DNA of 50,934 nucleotides, taken from the NCBI GenBank assembly GCA_043718025.1, contig JAYSWN010000169.1, forward strand, positions 1 to 50,934, read 5' to 3'. The notes beneath the pieces are model-generated. The model worked only from the letters and a program-made list of their open reading frames with translations, searched no databases and was not told the DNA's origin. The position numbers were made by a program, and so were the translations under genes. Within the stretch, counting starts at the first letter, position 1. The number at the start of each line of letters is the position of its first letter. Shown here piece by piece: positions 19,249 through 28,553 of the stretch. This DNA comes from Pseudomonadota bacterium. GTDB taxonomy: Bacteria > Bdellovibrionota > FAC87 > UBA2466.

Positions 19249-20342
19249 TTTCCCTTTCCTAGAAAGTCTTTGAGCGATCGGTAAATCGCCTCTTTGCTCT
19301 CAATCTTGGAGGTAATAATGCGCTCATCGTCTTTAAAGTTCTCGACGATGTCTTTGATAAACTGGCCGCTACCGTAACGACTTTCAACTTGCCCGTAACA
19401 AAACGCATTACACTTGGGCAACAGTTCATTCTTCAGCATGTCCACGCACAGTTTGGTGTCCTCACCCGACCAGTTGTCACCGTCCGAAAAGTGAAAGGCG
19501 TATATATTCCACTCCTGCACCGGATACTGCAGGTTCAAAATATCGTTGCAGAGTTTGTAGGCAGAACTAATCAGGGTGCCGCCGCTTTCGCGGGTGTGAT
19601 AAAAAGTGTGCTGATCTACCTCGCGTGCCGATGCGTCGTGAATGATGTAACGAATTTGCAACTCTTTGTACTGAGATCGCAGCCAGGTATCGATCCAAAA
19701 TGACTCGGTACGAACAATGTCTTTTTGCTCGTCGCCCATGCTACCCGAAACGTCCATCATGTAGACGATAACCGCGTTATTCTCTGGCTTTACGACGTTA
19801 CGCCAAGCCCGGTACCGAAAATCTTTTTTCACCGGAATAATTTTAGGATCGGCGGGGTTGTAATTGCCGGCGATGATTTGCCGTTTAAGCGCTTCTTTGT
19901 AGGTACGTTTGATATGACGCAAGCTGTTGGGGCCGACGCTGCGGATTCCGCTGAACTTGTGTTTTTCAGTCTGCACCACGCCCGAGCCCTTTGGCTGAAT
20001 GCGCGGTAGCTCCAACTCTTGAGCAAGCATGTCGGCTAATTCTTGCAAGGAGAGATCAACTTCAAGAGTATGCTGGCCTTCGCCCTGCCCCGCTTGACCG
20101 TCTTCTTCACCTTGCCCCAAGGGCGAACCGGGCTCGCCTTCACCTTGGCCCACCCCGCCTTGCTGCCGTTTGCCAAATTTGAAACGGGGGAGATCGATCT
20201 GGGGCACGGGAATGCTCACCAGATCTTTGCCCTGCCGGCCGATTAGCTCCCCTTGAGTGATGTACTTCTTCAGGTTCTGCTTAATCTTGCCTTTAACAAT
20301 CTGCTTGAAGCGCAGATGATCTCGTTTAATGCCTGCGTTCAT
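19245..20342 (-). CDS. yeaH: YeaH/YhbH (DUF444) vWA-like protein
   Basis: DHLRF, GVGQGEG, MIDAS-like [36 protein letters not shown] 20342 has a GAGGG RBS. Confidence 0.9.
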   Translation of the reverse strand: MNAGIKRDHLRFKQIVKGKIKQNLKKYITQGELIGRQGKDLVSIPVPQIDLPRFKFGKRQQGGVGQGEGEPGSPLGQGEEDGQAGQGEGQHTLEVDLSLQELADMLAQELELPRIQPKGSGVVQTEKHKFSGIRSVGPNSLRHIKRTYKEALKRQIIAGNYNPADPKIIPVKKDFRYRAWRNVVKPENNAVIVYMMDVSGSMGDEQKDIVRTESFWIDTWLRSQYKELQIRYIIHDASAREVDQHTFYHTRESGGTLISSAYKLCNDILNLQYPVQEWNIYAFHFSDGDNWSGEDTKLCVDMLKNELLPKCNAFCYGQVESRYGSGQFIKDIVENFKDDERIITSKIESKEAIYRSLKDFLGKGK

Positions 20343-20512
20343 TTGAATACCCTCATCAGCGTCGAGCCGTCGTGAATTGTCATTACGAGCCTCGAAGAGG
20401 CGCGACAATCTTTGGCCGTGGGGTATTTTAGCCGGCGGCCAAAGGTTGCATCAGCCTGCGACGTCGCCACGGCGGAAAAAACCCGCCGCGCGCCGCAATA
20501 TCGGGGCTGCAC
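20343..20512 (-). other. Highly structured intergenic region between prkA and yeaH (three hairpins)
   Basis: Stems CGGCGG/CCGCCG, TGCGGCG/CGTCGCA, CAGCC/GGCTG, CTTTGGCCG/CGGCCAAAG, ATTGTC/GACAAT and GCCTC/GAGGC. Confidence 0.5.
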
Positions 20513-22588
20513 TTATTTCCTCTTCACGTCGCCGCGAGCAAAGATTGAAGCCACGAAGTTGAGAACGTCGGTCGCGCTCACTTCATCGTAGCCATAATTC
20601 TTGATCAACCGCGATTTAACGATGTCGATTTTCTCCTGGGTGGCTTTATCCACCACATTGGAAACGAGGCTGGTGAGCTTTATCGTGTCTTTCTGATCTT
20701 CGAATAGCTTCAATTCCAACGCCTTGTGCAAACGTTCGTTCGTCTTGTAATCAAACTGACGGCCGTCGAGAGCTAACGCGCCGATGTAGTTCATTACTTC
20801 CCGACGAAAGTCGTCTTTGCGGCTATCCGGAATGTCGATCTTTTCTTCGATTGACCGCATCAAACGTTCGTCAGGCTCTTCGTCTTGACCGGTAAATTTA
20901 TTTTTTACCCGTTCGCGTTGAGTGTAGGCTTTAACATTGTCGATATAGTTTCCGCACAAACGAGCCATGGCCTCTTCATCGGCGGAAATGGCGCGCTGCA
21001 CTTCGCTTTTTACAATGTCTTCATATTCTTGTTTCACTACCGCCAGCAACTCACGGTAATGTTTCTTTTTCTCTTCGTTCGAAATCAGAGAATGATGTTT
21101 CAAACCGCTCTCAAGCTCGTTCAACACCATAAAAGGATTGATCGAAGCAACCTGACCGTCTTTTGAATTCATCACCAGCGCATTCGAAAGCTTGTCCTGA
21201 ATGTAACGAGGCGAAATGCCTTCCATTCCTTCACGCAGCGCTTCTTTACGCAGCTCGCGAACGTTGTCTTCAGTAAAACCGGGCAACGACTTGCCGTTAT
21301 AGAGTTTTAGCTTCTGCAACAACGTAAGATTAGCTTTTTTGGGTGGCTCAAGACGGGTCAATACTGCCCACATTGCGGCCATCTCGATCGTGTGCGGAGC
21401 AATGCTGGCGCGGATGCGGCGGGGGCTAAAGTCTTTTCGGTAAACTTTAACCTCTTCGTTGAGCTTGGTAATGTATGGAATATCAATCTTCACCGTACGA
21501 TCGCGCAGCGCTTCCATAAATTCGTTGTTCTGCAGCTTACGGTACTCAGGTTCATTGGTATGACCAATGATGACTTCATCGATATCAGTCTGAGCGAACT
21601 TCTTAGGTTTCACCTTGTGTTCTTGTGACGCACCGAGAAGATCGTACAAGAAAGCGACATCTAACTTAAGCACTTCGATGAACTCAATCATGCCACGGTT
21701 AGCGATGTTAAATTCGCCGTCGAAGTTAAAAGCGCGAGGGTCAGAGTCTGATCCATACTCGGCGATCTTACGGTAATTGATGTCACCGGTAAGCTCGGTC
21801 GAATCTTGGTTCTTCTCATCTTTGGGCTGAAAGGTGCCGATCCCGATGCGCCCTTTTTCAGAAAGCAGCAAACGAGTAATAGAGACGTGGTCGATCACCT
21901 GAGTCCAGTCACCATCATAATGGTTCATCAGCTGATCAAAAATGTATTGCGAAGGAGGACAGAGGTCGCCTTCGATATTAACGCGATGCCCCTCTTTGCG
22001 GCCGCGGTTAATCTCTTCCACAAATTTCTTGCGGTGCTCAATCGGAATGAGTTTCAATGGCTCTTCGTTCATGGGCGAAAGAAACTCTCTAGCCCCGCCC
22101 AAAATTCGCGTGGCCAAGGCTTCGTCTTTAATCACCCATTTAAAGGTGTAAAGCGCGCCTTCATCGGTGTGGGAATAGTACTCCACCCCTTTTTTCAGCA
22201 GGCGGGCAATGGTGCTCTTCGAAGATCCAACCGGACCGTGTAATAAAATTACGCGGCGTTCAGTGCCATAACCCTGCGCGGCAGATTTCAAAACATTGAC
22301 CAGCTTCTGAAGATGCACATCGAGGCCAAAAACAGCGTCGCGGCCATTTTCGATGGGATCTTTAAAAAAGTGGTAAGAGGTAATTTTCTTTTTGAACTCA
22401 ACGTACTCTTCGCTGCCGAAGCCCACGATAAGGTCGTACATCCGCTGAAACGAATTTCGCGTGACGTCCGGCTTTTCGCGCACGATATCAATGTACTGCT
22501 GGAAGGTGCCTTCCCAGGTAAACTTTCGAAATTTATCTAAATCTTGAAGTCCACCGACGAGGGATTTCACGTCCAAAGATGCTGACAT
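20513..22588 (-). CDS. prkA: PrkA/YeaG family AAA+ serine protein kinase
   Basis: Walker [75 protein letters not shown]. Confidence 0.93.
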   Translation of the reverse strand: MSASLDVKSLVGGLQDLDKFRKFTWEGTFQQYIDIVREKPDVTRNSFQRMYDLIVGFGSEEYVEFKKKITSYHFFKDPIENGRDAVFGLDVHLQKLVNVLKSAAQGYGTERRVILLHGPVGSSKSTIARLLKKGVEYYSHTDEGALYTFKWVIKDEALATRILGGAREFLSPMNEEPLKLIPIEHRKKFVEEINRGRKEGHRVNIEGDLCPPSQYIFDQLMNHYDGDWTQVIDHVSITRLLLSEKGRIGIGTFQPKDEKNQDSTELTGDINYRKIAEYGSDSDPRAFNFDGEFNIANRGMIEFIEVLKLDVAFLYDLLGASQEHKVKPKKFAQTDIDEVIIGHTNEPEYRKLQNNEFMEALRDRTVKIDIPYITKLNEEVKVYRKDFSPRRIRASIAPHTIEMAAMWAVLTRLEPPKKANLTLLQKLKLYNGKSLPGFTEDNVRELRKEALREGMEGISPRYIQDKLSNALVMNSKDGQVASINPFMVLNELESGLKHHSLISNEEKKKHYRELLAVVKQEYEDIVKSEVQRAISADEEAMARLCGNYIDNVKAYTQRERVKNKFTGQDEEPDERLMRSIEEKIDIPDSRKDDFRREVMNYIGALALDGRQFDYKTNERLHKALELKLFEDQKDTIKLTSLVSNVVDKATQEKIDIVKSRLIKNYGYDEVSATDVLNFVASIFARGDVKRK

Positions 22589-22682
22589 GGAGGCTCCTTA
22601 AATTTACAAACGATCACAGATGCAGTTGCCACGGTTTTTTTGGAAGCTCGTGAACCGGAGAATAGCCGGGCAGCTCAAAGTA

Positions 22683-22711
22683 ATTATCGCGACGCCGGCG
22701 CAAAAACGCAA
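22683..22711 (-). promoter_or_regulatory. Putative sigma70 promoter of prkA-yeaH-spoVR
   Basis: TTGCGT-N17-GATAAT, about 95 nt upstream of the ATG. Confidence 0.45.
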
Positions 22712-22744
22712 TGGATTTAAACGGTTTATCGCCCTGCCCAACGC

Positions 22745-23185
22745 CTAAACGCTCGGCAGGTGCTGTTTGTCAAAAGCGGACGGGAAAAGCTCGGCTAGGG
22801 AGGCCGTACTAAATACGGTGGCCCGCCGGTTCACGGCATACACCTGGGCTGCCTTGCCAAACTCTTGCAGCACTTGCAAACAGACTCCGCACGGAAAAAC
22901 CGGTTCATCCGACGACGTGATTACGACAATGTTTTTGATCTTGCGCGCTCCGCGCGAAACCATCTTGCCCACCGCCACGCGCTCGGCGCACACCGTGGCC
23001 GAGAACGAAACATTTTCGACGTTGCATCCGGTGTGAATCTTTTTTAGATCGTCCTGGAGGGTACAGCCGACCAAAAATTTGGAATAGGGCGCGTAAGCCT
23101 TTTTCCGGGCCAATTGCGCGCGCTTTACCAACCATAAAATTTTTTTCGGTAGATCTTCAATGGGAAGCACCTTTGGCATCGTCAT
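22745..23185 (-). CDS. cdd: Cytidine deaminase
   Basis: AYAPYSKFLVG, GCNVENVS, CAERVA, PCGVCLQ Zn motif. Confidence 0.93.
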   Translation of the reverse strand: MTMPKVLPIEDLPKKILWLVKRAQLARKKAYAPYSKFLVGCTLQDDLKKIHTGCNVENVSFSATVCAERVAVGKMVSRGARKIKNIVVITSSDEPVFPCGVCLQVLQEFGKAAQVYAVNRRATVFSTASLAELFPSAFDKQHLPSV

Positions 23186-24018
23186 TCCCCCAAAAGCGGT
23201 AACGCTACGCGAAGCAACGCGATCATCTTATCTTTCACTTCTCCCGCCCCTTTAAGCACTTCATCGTGAGTCATCGCCTCTGCAGCCACGGCAGGTCCCA
23301 CGCCGGCAGTAAGGTTCGTCACACACGAAAGGCCAATTATATTTTTTCCCATGTGCCTAAGGGCCACGGCTTCGGGCACGGTGGACATTCCCACCACATC
23401 TGCCCCAAAACCGCGGTACATTCTAACCTCGGCCGCAGTTTCATAAGTGGGTCCGGTGATTCCCAAGTAAACACCTTCTTTTAAATCCACCTTAGCGCTA
23501 ACGGCCGCATTCAAAAATTTCGCCCTAAGGCCCGCGTCGTAAGTGTCGGACATGTCCGGAAAACGGGGGCCCAGCTCCGCTTCATTTGGACCCATCAATG
23601 GGTTGGGGATTAAATTGATATGATCGGTGATCAGCAGCAAATCGCGTGGTCGTAGATTGTCATTCAATCCACCCGCCGCATTGGTGAGCAAAAAAGTGTC
23701 AACGCCCTGAAGCGCCAACGCCCGCACCAAAAACACCACCTGCTCCATCGGATGCCCTTCATAAAAATGCAACCGGCCCTGCACGCCAACGATACGCACG
23801 CCCCCAATTGAACCAACCAGCAAACGGGCTTTATGCCCCGCCACATTTGATTTCGCTAAATGGGGGATTTCGGAAAACGGTATTTCCGCTTCCACGTTAT
23901 CTAGATCCTCAAGCACGCCGCCTAAACCACTCCCCAGAACAATCGCATAGTCCGGACAGCGAAATCGGCTTGCCAAAAAATTTTTGGCTTCATTCAATTT
24001 TTGCAGGTAAGCACTCAT
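23182..24018 (-). CDS. punA: Purine-nucleoside phosphorylase (trimeric type)
   Basis: VLGSGLG, QGRLHFYEG, LTNAAGG, DHIN, GPRFPDM, GPTYETAAE, VGMSTVPE. Start chosen from the ATGA overlap with the pdp stop. Confidence 0.92.
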   Translation of the reverse strand: MSAYLQKLNEAKNFLASRFRCPDYAIVLGSGLGGVLEDLDNVEAEIPFSEIPHLAKSNVAGHKARLLVGSIGGVRIVGVQGRLHFYEGHPMEQVVFLVRALALQGVDTFLLTNAAGGLNDNLRPRDLLLITDHINLIPNPLMGPNEAELGPRFPDMSDTYDAGLRAKFLNAAVSAKVDLKEGVYLGITGPTYETAAEVRMYRGFGADVVGMSTVPEAVALRHMGKNIIGLSCVTNLTAGVGPAVAAEAMTHDEVLKGAGEVKDKMIALLRVALPLLGE

Positions 24019-25373
24019 CCTAAACGTTCCACACACCAGGGGACTGGCTTCACTTCGTATCCGCCCACCACGAAAGCCACCGAAAGCCTTTGTTTAAGCA
24101 CGTCGACATCGATTGAGCGTTTGAAGTACAGGTCACATAGCACCTCACCGGCCGTCACCTTGTCACCCACTTTTTTGAGCAGTTGCATACCGGCCCAGGC
24201 ATCGATCGTGGCGTCCTGCTGCTCGCGGCCAGCCCCCAAAACCAAAGCCATTTCACCCAAGGCCCGGGCATCCACCGCTTTCAACCAACCACCTTTAGCC
24301 GCTCTAAACTCTAAGACTTGATAGGCCTTTGGCACCGCCGCTCGTTCTGCTTCAAAAGCGCTCAACGAACCGCCCTGGGCGCATACCATTTGCTCGAACA
24401 CCGCAAAAGGGCGCTCCGTCATCAGCTCTTTCTGTAATTCACGCATCGCCGCGGAAAAACTCAACTCGCCCTTGGAGGAGATCTCGAGCATCGTGGCCGC
24501 CAAATTTAAAGTCACCTCTTCAAGACCGAGCTCCCGGGTAACGCCAGAAAGAAAATCAATGCACTCTTGAATTTCAAGCGCATTGCCGATGGAAAACCCC
24601 AAAGGCTCGTCCATGCGAGTCAGCCAAGCCACCGTGCGCACGCCGCGTTTCTCTGCCACCTCGACTAGCAGCTTGGCCAAACGCTCGGCTGAACTCTTAT
24701 CCGCCATAAAAGCACCCGGACCAAACTTCACATCAAGAACTAAGCCGTCGAGACTTTCGGCCAATTTTTTACTGAGAATGCTAGAAACGATGAGCGGCAA
24801 ACTTTCCACCGTGGCAGTGACGTCGCGCAGCGAATATAACCTGCGATCGGCCGGCGCCAAGTCCTCGGTCTGTCCCATCATCACATAGTGATTTTCATCG
24901 AATAGTTTCATCGCTTCATCGCGCACCAACTTTGAGCGAAAGCCAGGAATGGAATCCAATTTATCTAAGGTACCACCGCTGTGGCCTAGGCCGCGCCCCG
25001 ACATCATCGGAATTCGCAAACGCCCCTTGCCCCAAAGACGGTTGGCCACGCTAATAACCAAGGGTACCAGCAGTAACGATGGCTTATCGCCGACACCGCC
25101 GGTGCTGTGTTTATCCACAAAAAAACCATCGCCGAGTTTCCGGGGAAGCTTAGCGCCCGAGTTGGTCATCAGGTCGGTCCAGACCGAAAGTTCGTCGCCG
25201 GTCATCCCCCTAAAAAAGACCGCCATCAGCCAGGCGGCCATCTGGTAATCCGGTACGGAGTTCTGCAAATAGCAATTGAGCCACGTTCGTAATTCTGTTT
25301 CGTCGTGTGCATTTCCATCACGCTTGGCCGCGATGAATTTTTTTGCGCTGAACAGAGAAGGGGCAACCGTCAT
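24015..25373 (-). CDS. pdp: Pyrimidine-nucleoside/thymidine phosphorylase
   Basis: KRDG, DYQMAAWLMAV, DKHSTGGVGDK, SGRGLGHSGGTLDKL, APADRRLYSLRDVTATV, SILSKK. Confidence 0.93.
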   Translation of the reverse strand: MTVAPSLFSAKKFIAAKRDGNAHDETELRTWLNCYLQNSVPDYQMAAWLMAVFFRGMTGDELSVWTDLMTNSGAKLPRKLGDGFFVDKHSTGGVGDKPSLLLVPLVISVANRLWGKGRLRIPMMSGRGLGHSGGTLDKLDSIPGFRSKLVRDEAMKLFDENHYVMMGQTEDLAPADRRLYSLRDVTATVESLPLIVSSILSKKLAESLDGLVLDVKFGPGAFMADKSSAERLAKLLVEVAEKRGVRTVAWLTRMDEPLGFSIGNALEIQECIDFLSGVTRELGLEEVTLNLAATMLEISSKGELSFSAAMRELQKELMTERPFAVFEQMVCAQGGSLSAFEAERAAVPKAYQVLEFRAAKGGWLKAVDARALGEMALVLGAGREQQDATIDAWAGMQLLKKVGDKVTAGEVLCDLYFKRSIDVDVLKQRLSVAFVVGGYEVKPVPWCVERLG

Positions 25374-26569
25374 GATTTCTGCCAATCCATAAAAAAACTG
25401 TTGGCCTTCGGTAAGGCGGCCGGAGGTGTCACGCCAAACCCCTGCAGCAAAGCAGCCCCCACATCGGCAAAAGTTGAGCGATCACTAGCGTGTTTGCCGT
25501 TAAGCGCAGGAGAATAGGCCACCAGTGGAACAAACTCGCGAGTGTGATCGGTACCGCGGTAAGTAGGGTCACACCCATGGTCCGAAGTTAAAATCAGCAA
25601 ATCATCCGAATTCATTTTCGCTAAAAAACGCGGCAGAAAAGTGTCCAGCTCCACCAAAGAGCCCGCGTAACCTTCGGGGTCGCGACGGTGGCCCCACAAC
25701 ATGTCGAAGTCCACCAGGTTGGTGAAGATAAATGTGGGATCTTTTGCGGCGTCAAAATATTTTAAAGTGGCTTCAAGCGAGTCTCGGTTGTTGCCGGTAT
25801 GATTGGTCGACGCAAAGCCACGGTGATCAAAAATGTCTTCAATCTTTCCTACCGACACCACTTTAACCCCGGCGGCGTCGAGCGCATCAAGGCAGTTTGG
25901 CGGCGGTGAGACGGCAAAGTCCCGGCGGTGCTCGGTGCGCCTAAATTTTACTTTAGTATTTGTTTTGTCGACGTTTTCGAATGGCCGCGCGATCACTCGA
26001 CCAATGTGATACGGCAGAGTGTGCTTACGAGCAATTTCGCAAAGTTTAAGCAGGCGATCTAGGCCAAACGCTTTCTCATGCGCCGCTATCTGGTAAACCG
26101 AGTCGCCCGAGGTATAGAGAATTGGTTTTCCGGTGCGAACACTCTCTTCGCCAAGCTCTTCAATAATCGTCGTGCCGCTGGCCGCTTTATTACCTAGCCA
26201 ACCGGGCACTTTGCCTTCGGCGGCAATCGCCTCATTCAGCGCCGCAGGAAATCCATTCGGAAAAAGCGTAAAGGCGGTTTCGGTCACCAGGCCAGCCAGC
26301 TCCCAATGTCCAGTCGTCGTGTCTTTACCTTGGCTTTTTTCCGCAAGACGGCAAACGAAACCCTTTGGTGAGGCCTCGTTCGCAATGCCTTCAAAATTTC
26401 CTAAATTCCCCAATCCCAGTTTTTGCAGATTAGGCAGCCTAAGGCCGCCCAAGTGTTTGGCCAAATTTCCCAGCGTGTTCGAACCTACATCACCGTAGGC
26501 GGCGGCGTCAGGAGCTTCACCCACCCCAAAACCATCGGCCACCAAACAAACTATGCGTTTGAATTTCAA
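25370..26569 (-). CDS. deoB: Phosphopentomutase
   Basis: DGFGVG, DVGSNTLG, GKDTTTGHWE, RVIARPF, NLVDFDMLWGHRRD, DHGCDPT, DHTRE. TTG start overlaps the deoC stop. Confidence 0.95.
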   Translation of the reverse strand: MKFKRIVCLVADGFGVGEAPDAAAYGDVGSNTLGNLAKHLGGLRLPNLQKLGLGNLGNFEGIANEASPKGFVCRLAEKSQGKDTTTGHWELAGLVTETAFTLFPNGFPAALNEAIAAEGKVPGWLGNKAASGTTIIEELGEESVRTGKPILYTSGDSVYQIAAHEKAFGLDRLLKLCEIARKHTLPYHIGRVIARPFENVDKTNTKVKFRRTEHRRDFAVSPPPNCLDALDAAGVKVVSVGKIEDIFDHRGFASTNHTGNNRDSLEATLKYFDAAKDPTFIFTNLVDFDMLWGHRRDPEGYAGSLVELDTFLPRFLAKMNSDDLLILTSDHGCDPTYRGTDHTREFVPLVAYSPALNGKHASDRSTFADVGAALLQGFGVTPPAALPKANSFFMDWQKS

Positions 26570-27267
26570 TACCCACCCGCGTCTGCTTTTACCCCGCCGA
26601 CGATCGCCACCGATGCCGAAGTGCCCAAGCGGGTGGCTCCAGCACGAATCATTTTCATCGCCGTTTCATAATCACGAATACCACCGCTAGCTTTAACGCC
26701 TAGTGTTCGACCTACCACCTCTCGCATTAACCTTACGTCAGCTTCAGTCGCCCCACCCTTCGAAAAGCCGGTTGAAGTCTTTACAAAACTTACGCCAGCA
26801 ATTTTTGCCAAAACGCACGCAATTTTCTTTTCATCGTCGGTCAATTCGCTAGTTTCTAGAATCACTTTTACCGGCAAACCATTGGCTGCCTTCACCACGG
26901 CAGACAGTTCTTCGAGCGTCTTGCTGTAGGTTTTTTCTTTCAACCAAGTACGGTTCAAAACAACGTCGATCTCTTTTGCCCCGTTAGAAACGGCGGCGGA
27001 CGTTTCATTAGCTTTTTCCTGGGCACTGCCTTCTCCCGAAGGAAATGCAATTACCGTGATGGGAACGGTGCCCGTGCCCTTCAATAACTGCGCGGCTAAC
27101 GGCAACCACTTCGCCAGCACGCATACGGTTTTAAACCCGCATTCGCGAGCCTCGACACATAGTTTGGTGAGTTCGTCCTCAGTAGCCTCTGGACGAAGCA
27201 ACGTGTGATCGATAACTTGGGCCAAATCCTTAGAAGTAGCTATGACTAGCGGCTGAAAGTCGTTCAT
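26566..27267 (-). CDS. deoC: Deoxyribose-phosphate aldolase
   Basis: IDHTLLRP, GAKEIDVV, KVILET, FVKTSTGF, GVKASGGIR, GATRLGTS. Confidence 0.95.
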   Translation of the reverse strand: MNDFQPLVIATSKDLAQVIDHTLLRPEATEDELTKLCVEARECGFKTVCVLAKWLPLAAQLLKGTGTVPITVIAFPSGEGSAQEKANETSAAVSNGAKEIDVVLNRTWLKEKTYSKTLEELSAVVKAANGLPVKVILETSELTDDEKKIACVLAKIAGVSFVKTSTGFSKGGATEADVRLMREVVGRTLGVKASGGIRDYETAMKMIRAGATRLGTSASVAIVGGVKADAGGY

Positions 27268-27274
27268 TCGCTTG

Positions 27275-27303
27275 GGTTTAACGGAAATCGAGAGAGAGAG
27301 CAA
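27275..27303 (-). promoter_or_regulatory. Putative sigma70 promoter (leaderless) of the deo operon
   Basis: TTGCTC-N17-TAAACC, 7 nt before ATG 27267, no SD. Confidence 0.45.
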
Positions 27304-27316
27304 ATTCTCAAAGGCT

Positions 27317-28522
27317 ATGAACCTTTACGCTAAATTTTGGAAACCGCTACTCGCCTTGCCGACCCCGGTTTGGGTGCTGGCCGGCGCCGCGTTCGTAAAC
27401 CGCGTCGGCACAATGGTAATGCCCTTTCTTGCGCTTTACCTCACCCAAAGCCTGGGTTTCAGCGCGAAACAAGCCGGGGTTCTGGTTGCGGTTTATGGCA
27501 TCGGCGCCCTGATCGTGAGCCCCATTACCGGCGTTTTATGCGACAAATTCGGCACCTTGCGGATGATGATAGGATCCCTACTGGCGGGGGGAACGGTCAT
27601 GCTGTTGTTCCCCTTGGCAAAGTCCTACGAAATGCTGCTGCTCTGCTCGTTTTTGCTCGCCATCACCAGCGAGGGCTTCCGGCCAGCCGCCATGGCCGCC
27701 ATTTCGGAATACGCAGAAGGGACCGATCGAAAACCAGCCTATTCGCTCGTTCGCTTGGCTATCAACCTCGGCATGAGCGTCGGTCCGGTGCTAGGAGCCG
27801 TACTGGTAAAGATTTCGTTCCCTTCGATCTTTTGGGTCGATGGGCTAACCTGTTTTGCCGCGGCCTTGGTTCTTTTACCCTCGCTTAAAGCGCAAGCCCG
27901 AAAGATGAAAACACAGAGCCATCCCGTAGTTTCTGCAGATCAAGCGAAAGGTTTTTTGGAAGCCGCCAAAGATCCTCGACTACTTTATTTATTAATCGCG
28001 CTGCTTCCGGTGTGCGTCGTCTTCTTTCAGCACGAATCGACAATGCCAATCTTCATGGTGCGCGACCTCAAGCTAGATGAGGCGTGGTACGGCATCTGCT
28101 TCACCCTGAACACGGTGATGATTATTTTCACCGAAATCCCGCTCACCATAATGACCAATCATTGGCCATTAAAACGCGGCATGGCACTAGGGGCCTCTTT
28201 TTTCGCGGTGGGTTTCGGAATGATGGCGATGACAACGAACGGCTGGGGAATTTTAGTTTCGGTGGCCCTGTGGACCATCGGGGAAATGTTCATGTTCCCC
28301 TCGCTCAATGCTTACCTGTCTGAAATTTCGCCTACCAACCGGCGTGGCTTCTACATGGGCATGTTCATGATGAGCTTTAGCGTCGCCTTTATTTTGGCGC
28401 CGCTGGTTGGCACTTATGTATTGGAAACATTTGGCGCCAAACCGCTCTGGGTGGCGTGTTTAGCGCTCGGATTTTTATCGGCCTTTTTCTTCACCCGAAT
28501 CCATTCTATTCGACCGCATTAA
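27317..28522 (+). CDS. MFS transporter
   Basis: About 12 hydrophobic segments; motif A GVLCDKFG, PFLALYL, INLGMSVGP, TIGEM, RRGFYMG. Confidence 0.9.
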   Translation: MNLYAKFWKPLLALPTPVWVLAGAAFVNRVGTMVMPFLALYLTQSLGFSAKQAGVLVAVYGIGALIVSPITGVLCDKFGTLRMMIGSLLAGGTVMLLFPLAKSYEMLLLCSFLLAITSEGFRPAAMAAISEYAEGTDRKPAYSLVRLAINLGMSVGPVLGAVLVKISFPSIFWVDGLTCFAAALVLLPSLKAQARKMKTQSHPVVSADQAKGFLEAAKDPRLLYLLIALLPVCVVFFQHESTMPIFMVRDLKLDEAWYGICFTLNTVMIIFTEIPLTIMTNHWPLKRGMALGASFFAVGFGMMAMTTNGWGILVSVALWTIGEMFMFPSLNAYLSEISPTNRRGFYMGMFMMSFSVAFILAPLVGTYVLETFGAKPLWVACLALGFLSAFFFTRIHSIRPH

Positions 28523-28553
28523 TAGCAGTGAGGGCTAGTTTTTAAAGTATTCT

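Noticed and set aside
17764..22588. prkA-yeaH-spoVR as a sporulation or novel system
   Set aside because: A widespread, known triad in non-sporulating bacteria; only its intergenic structure is flagged.
27290..27300. GA dinucleotide run in the deoC/MFS promoter as a phase-variation tract
   Set aside because: Only about five units, too short to support slipped-strand switching without population data.
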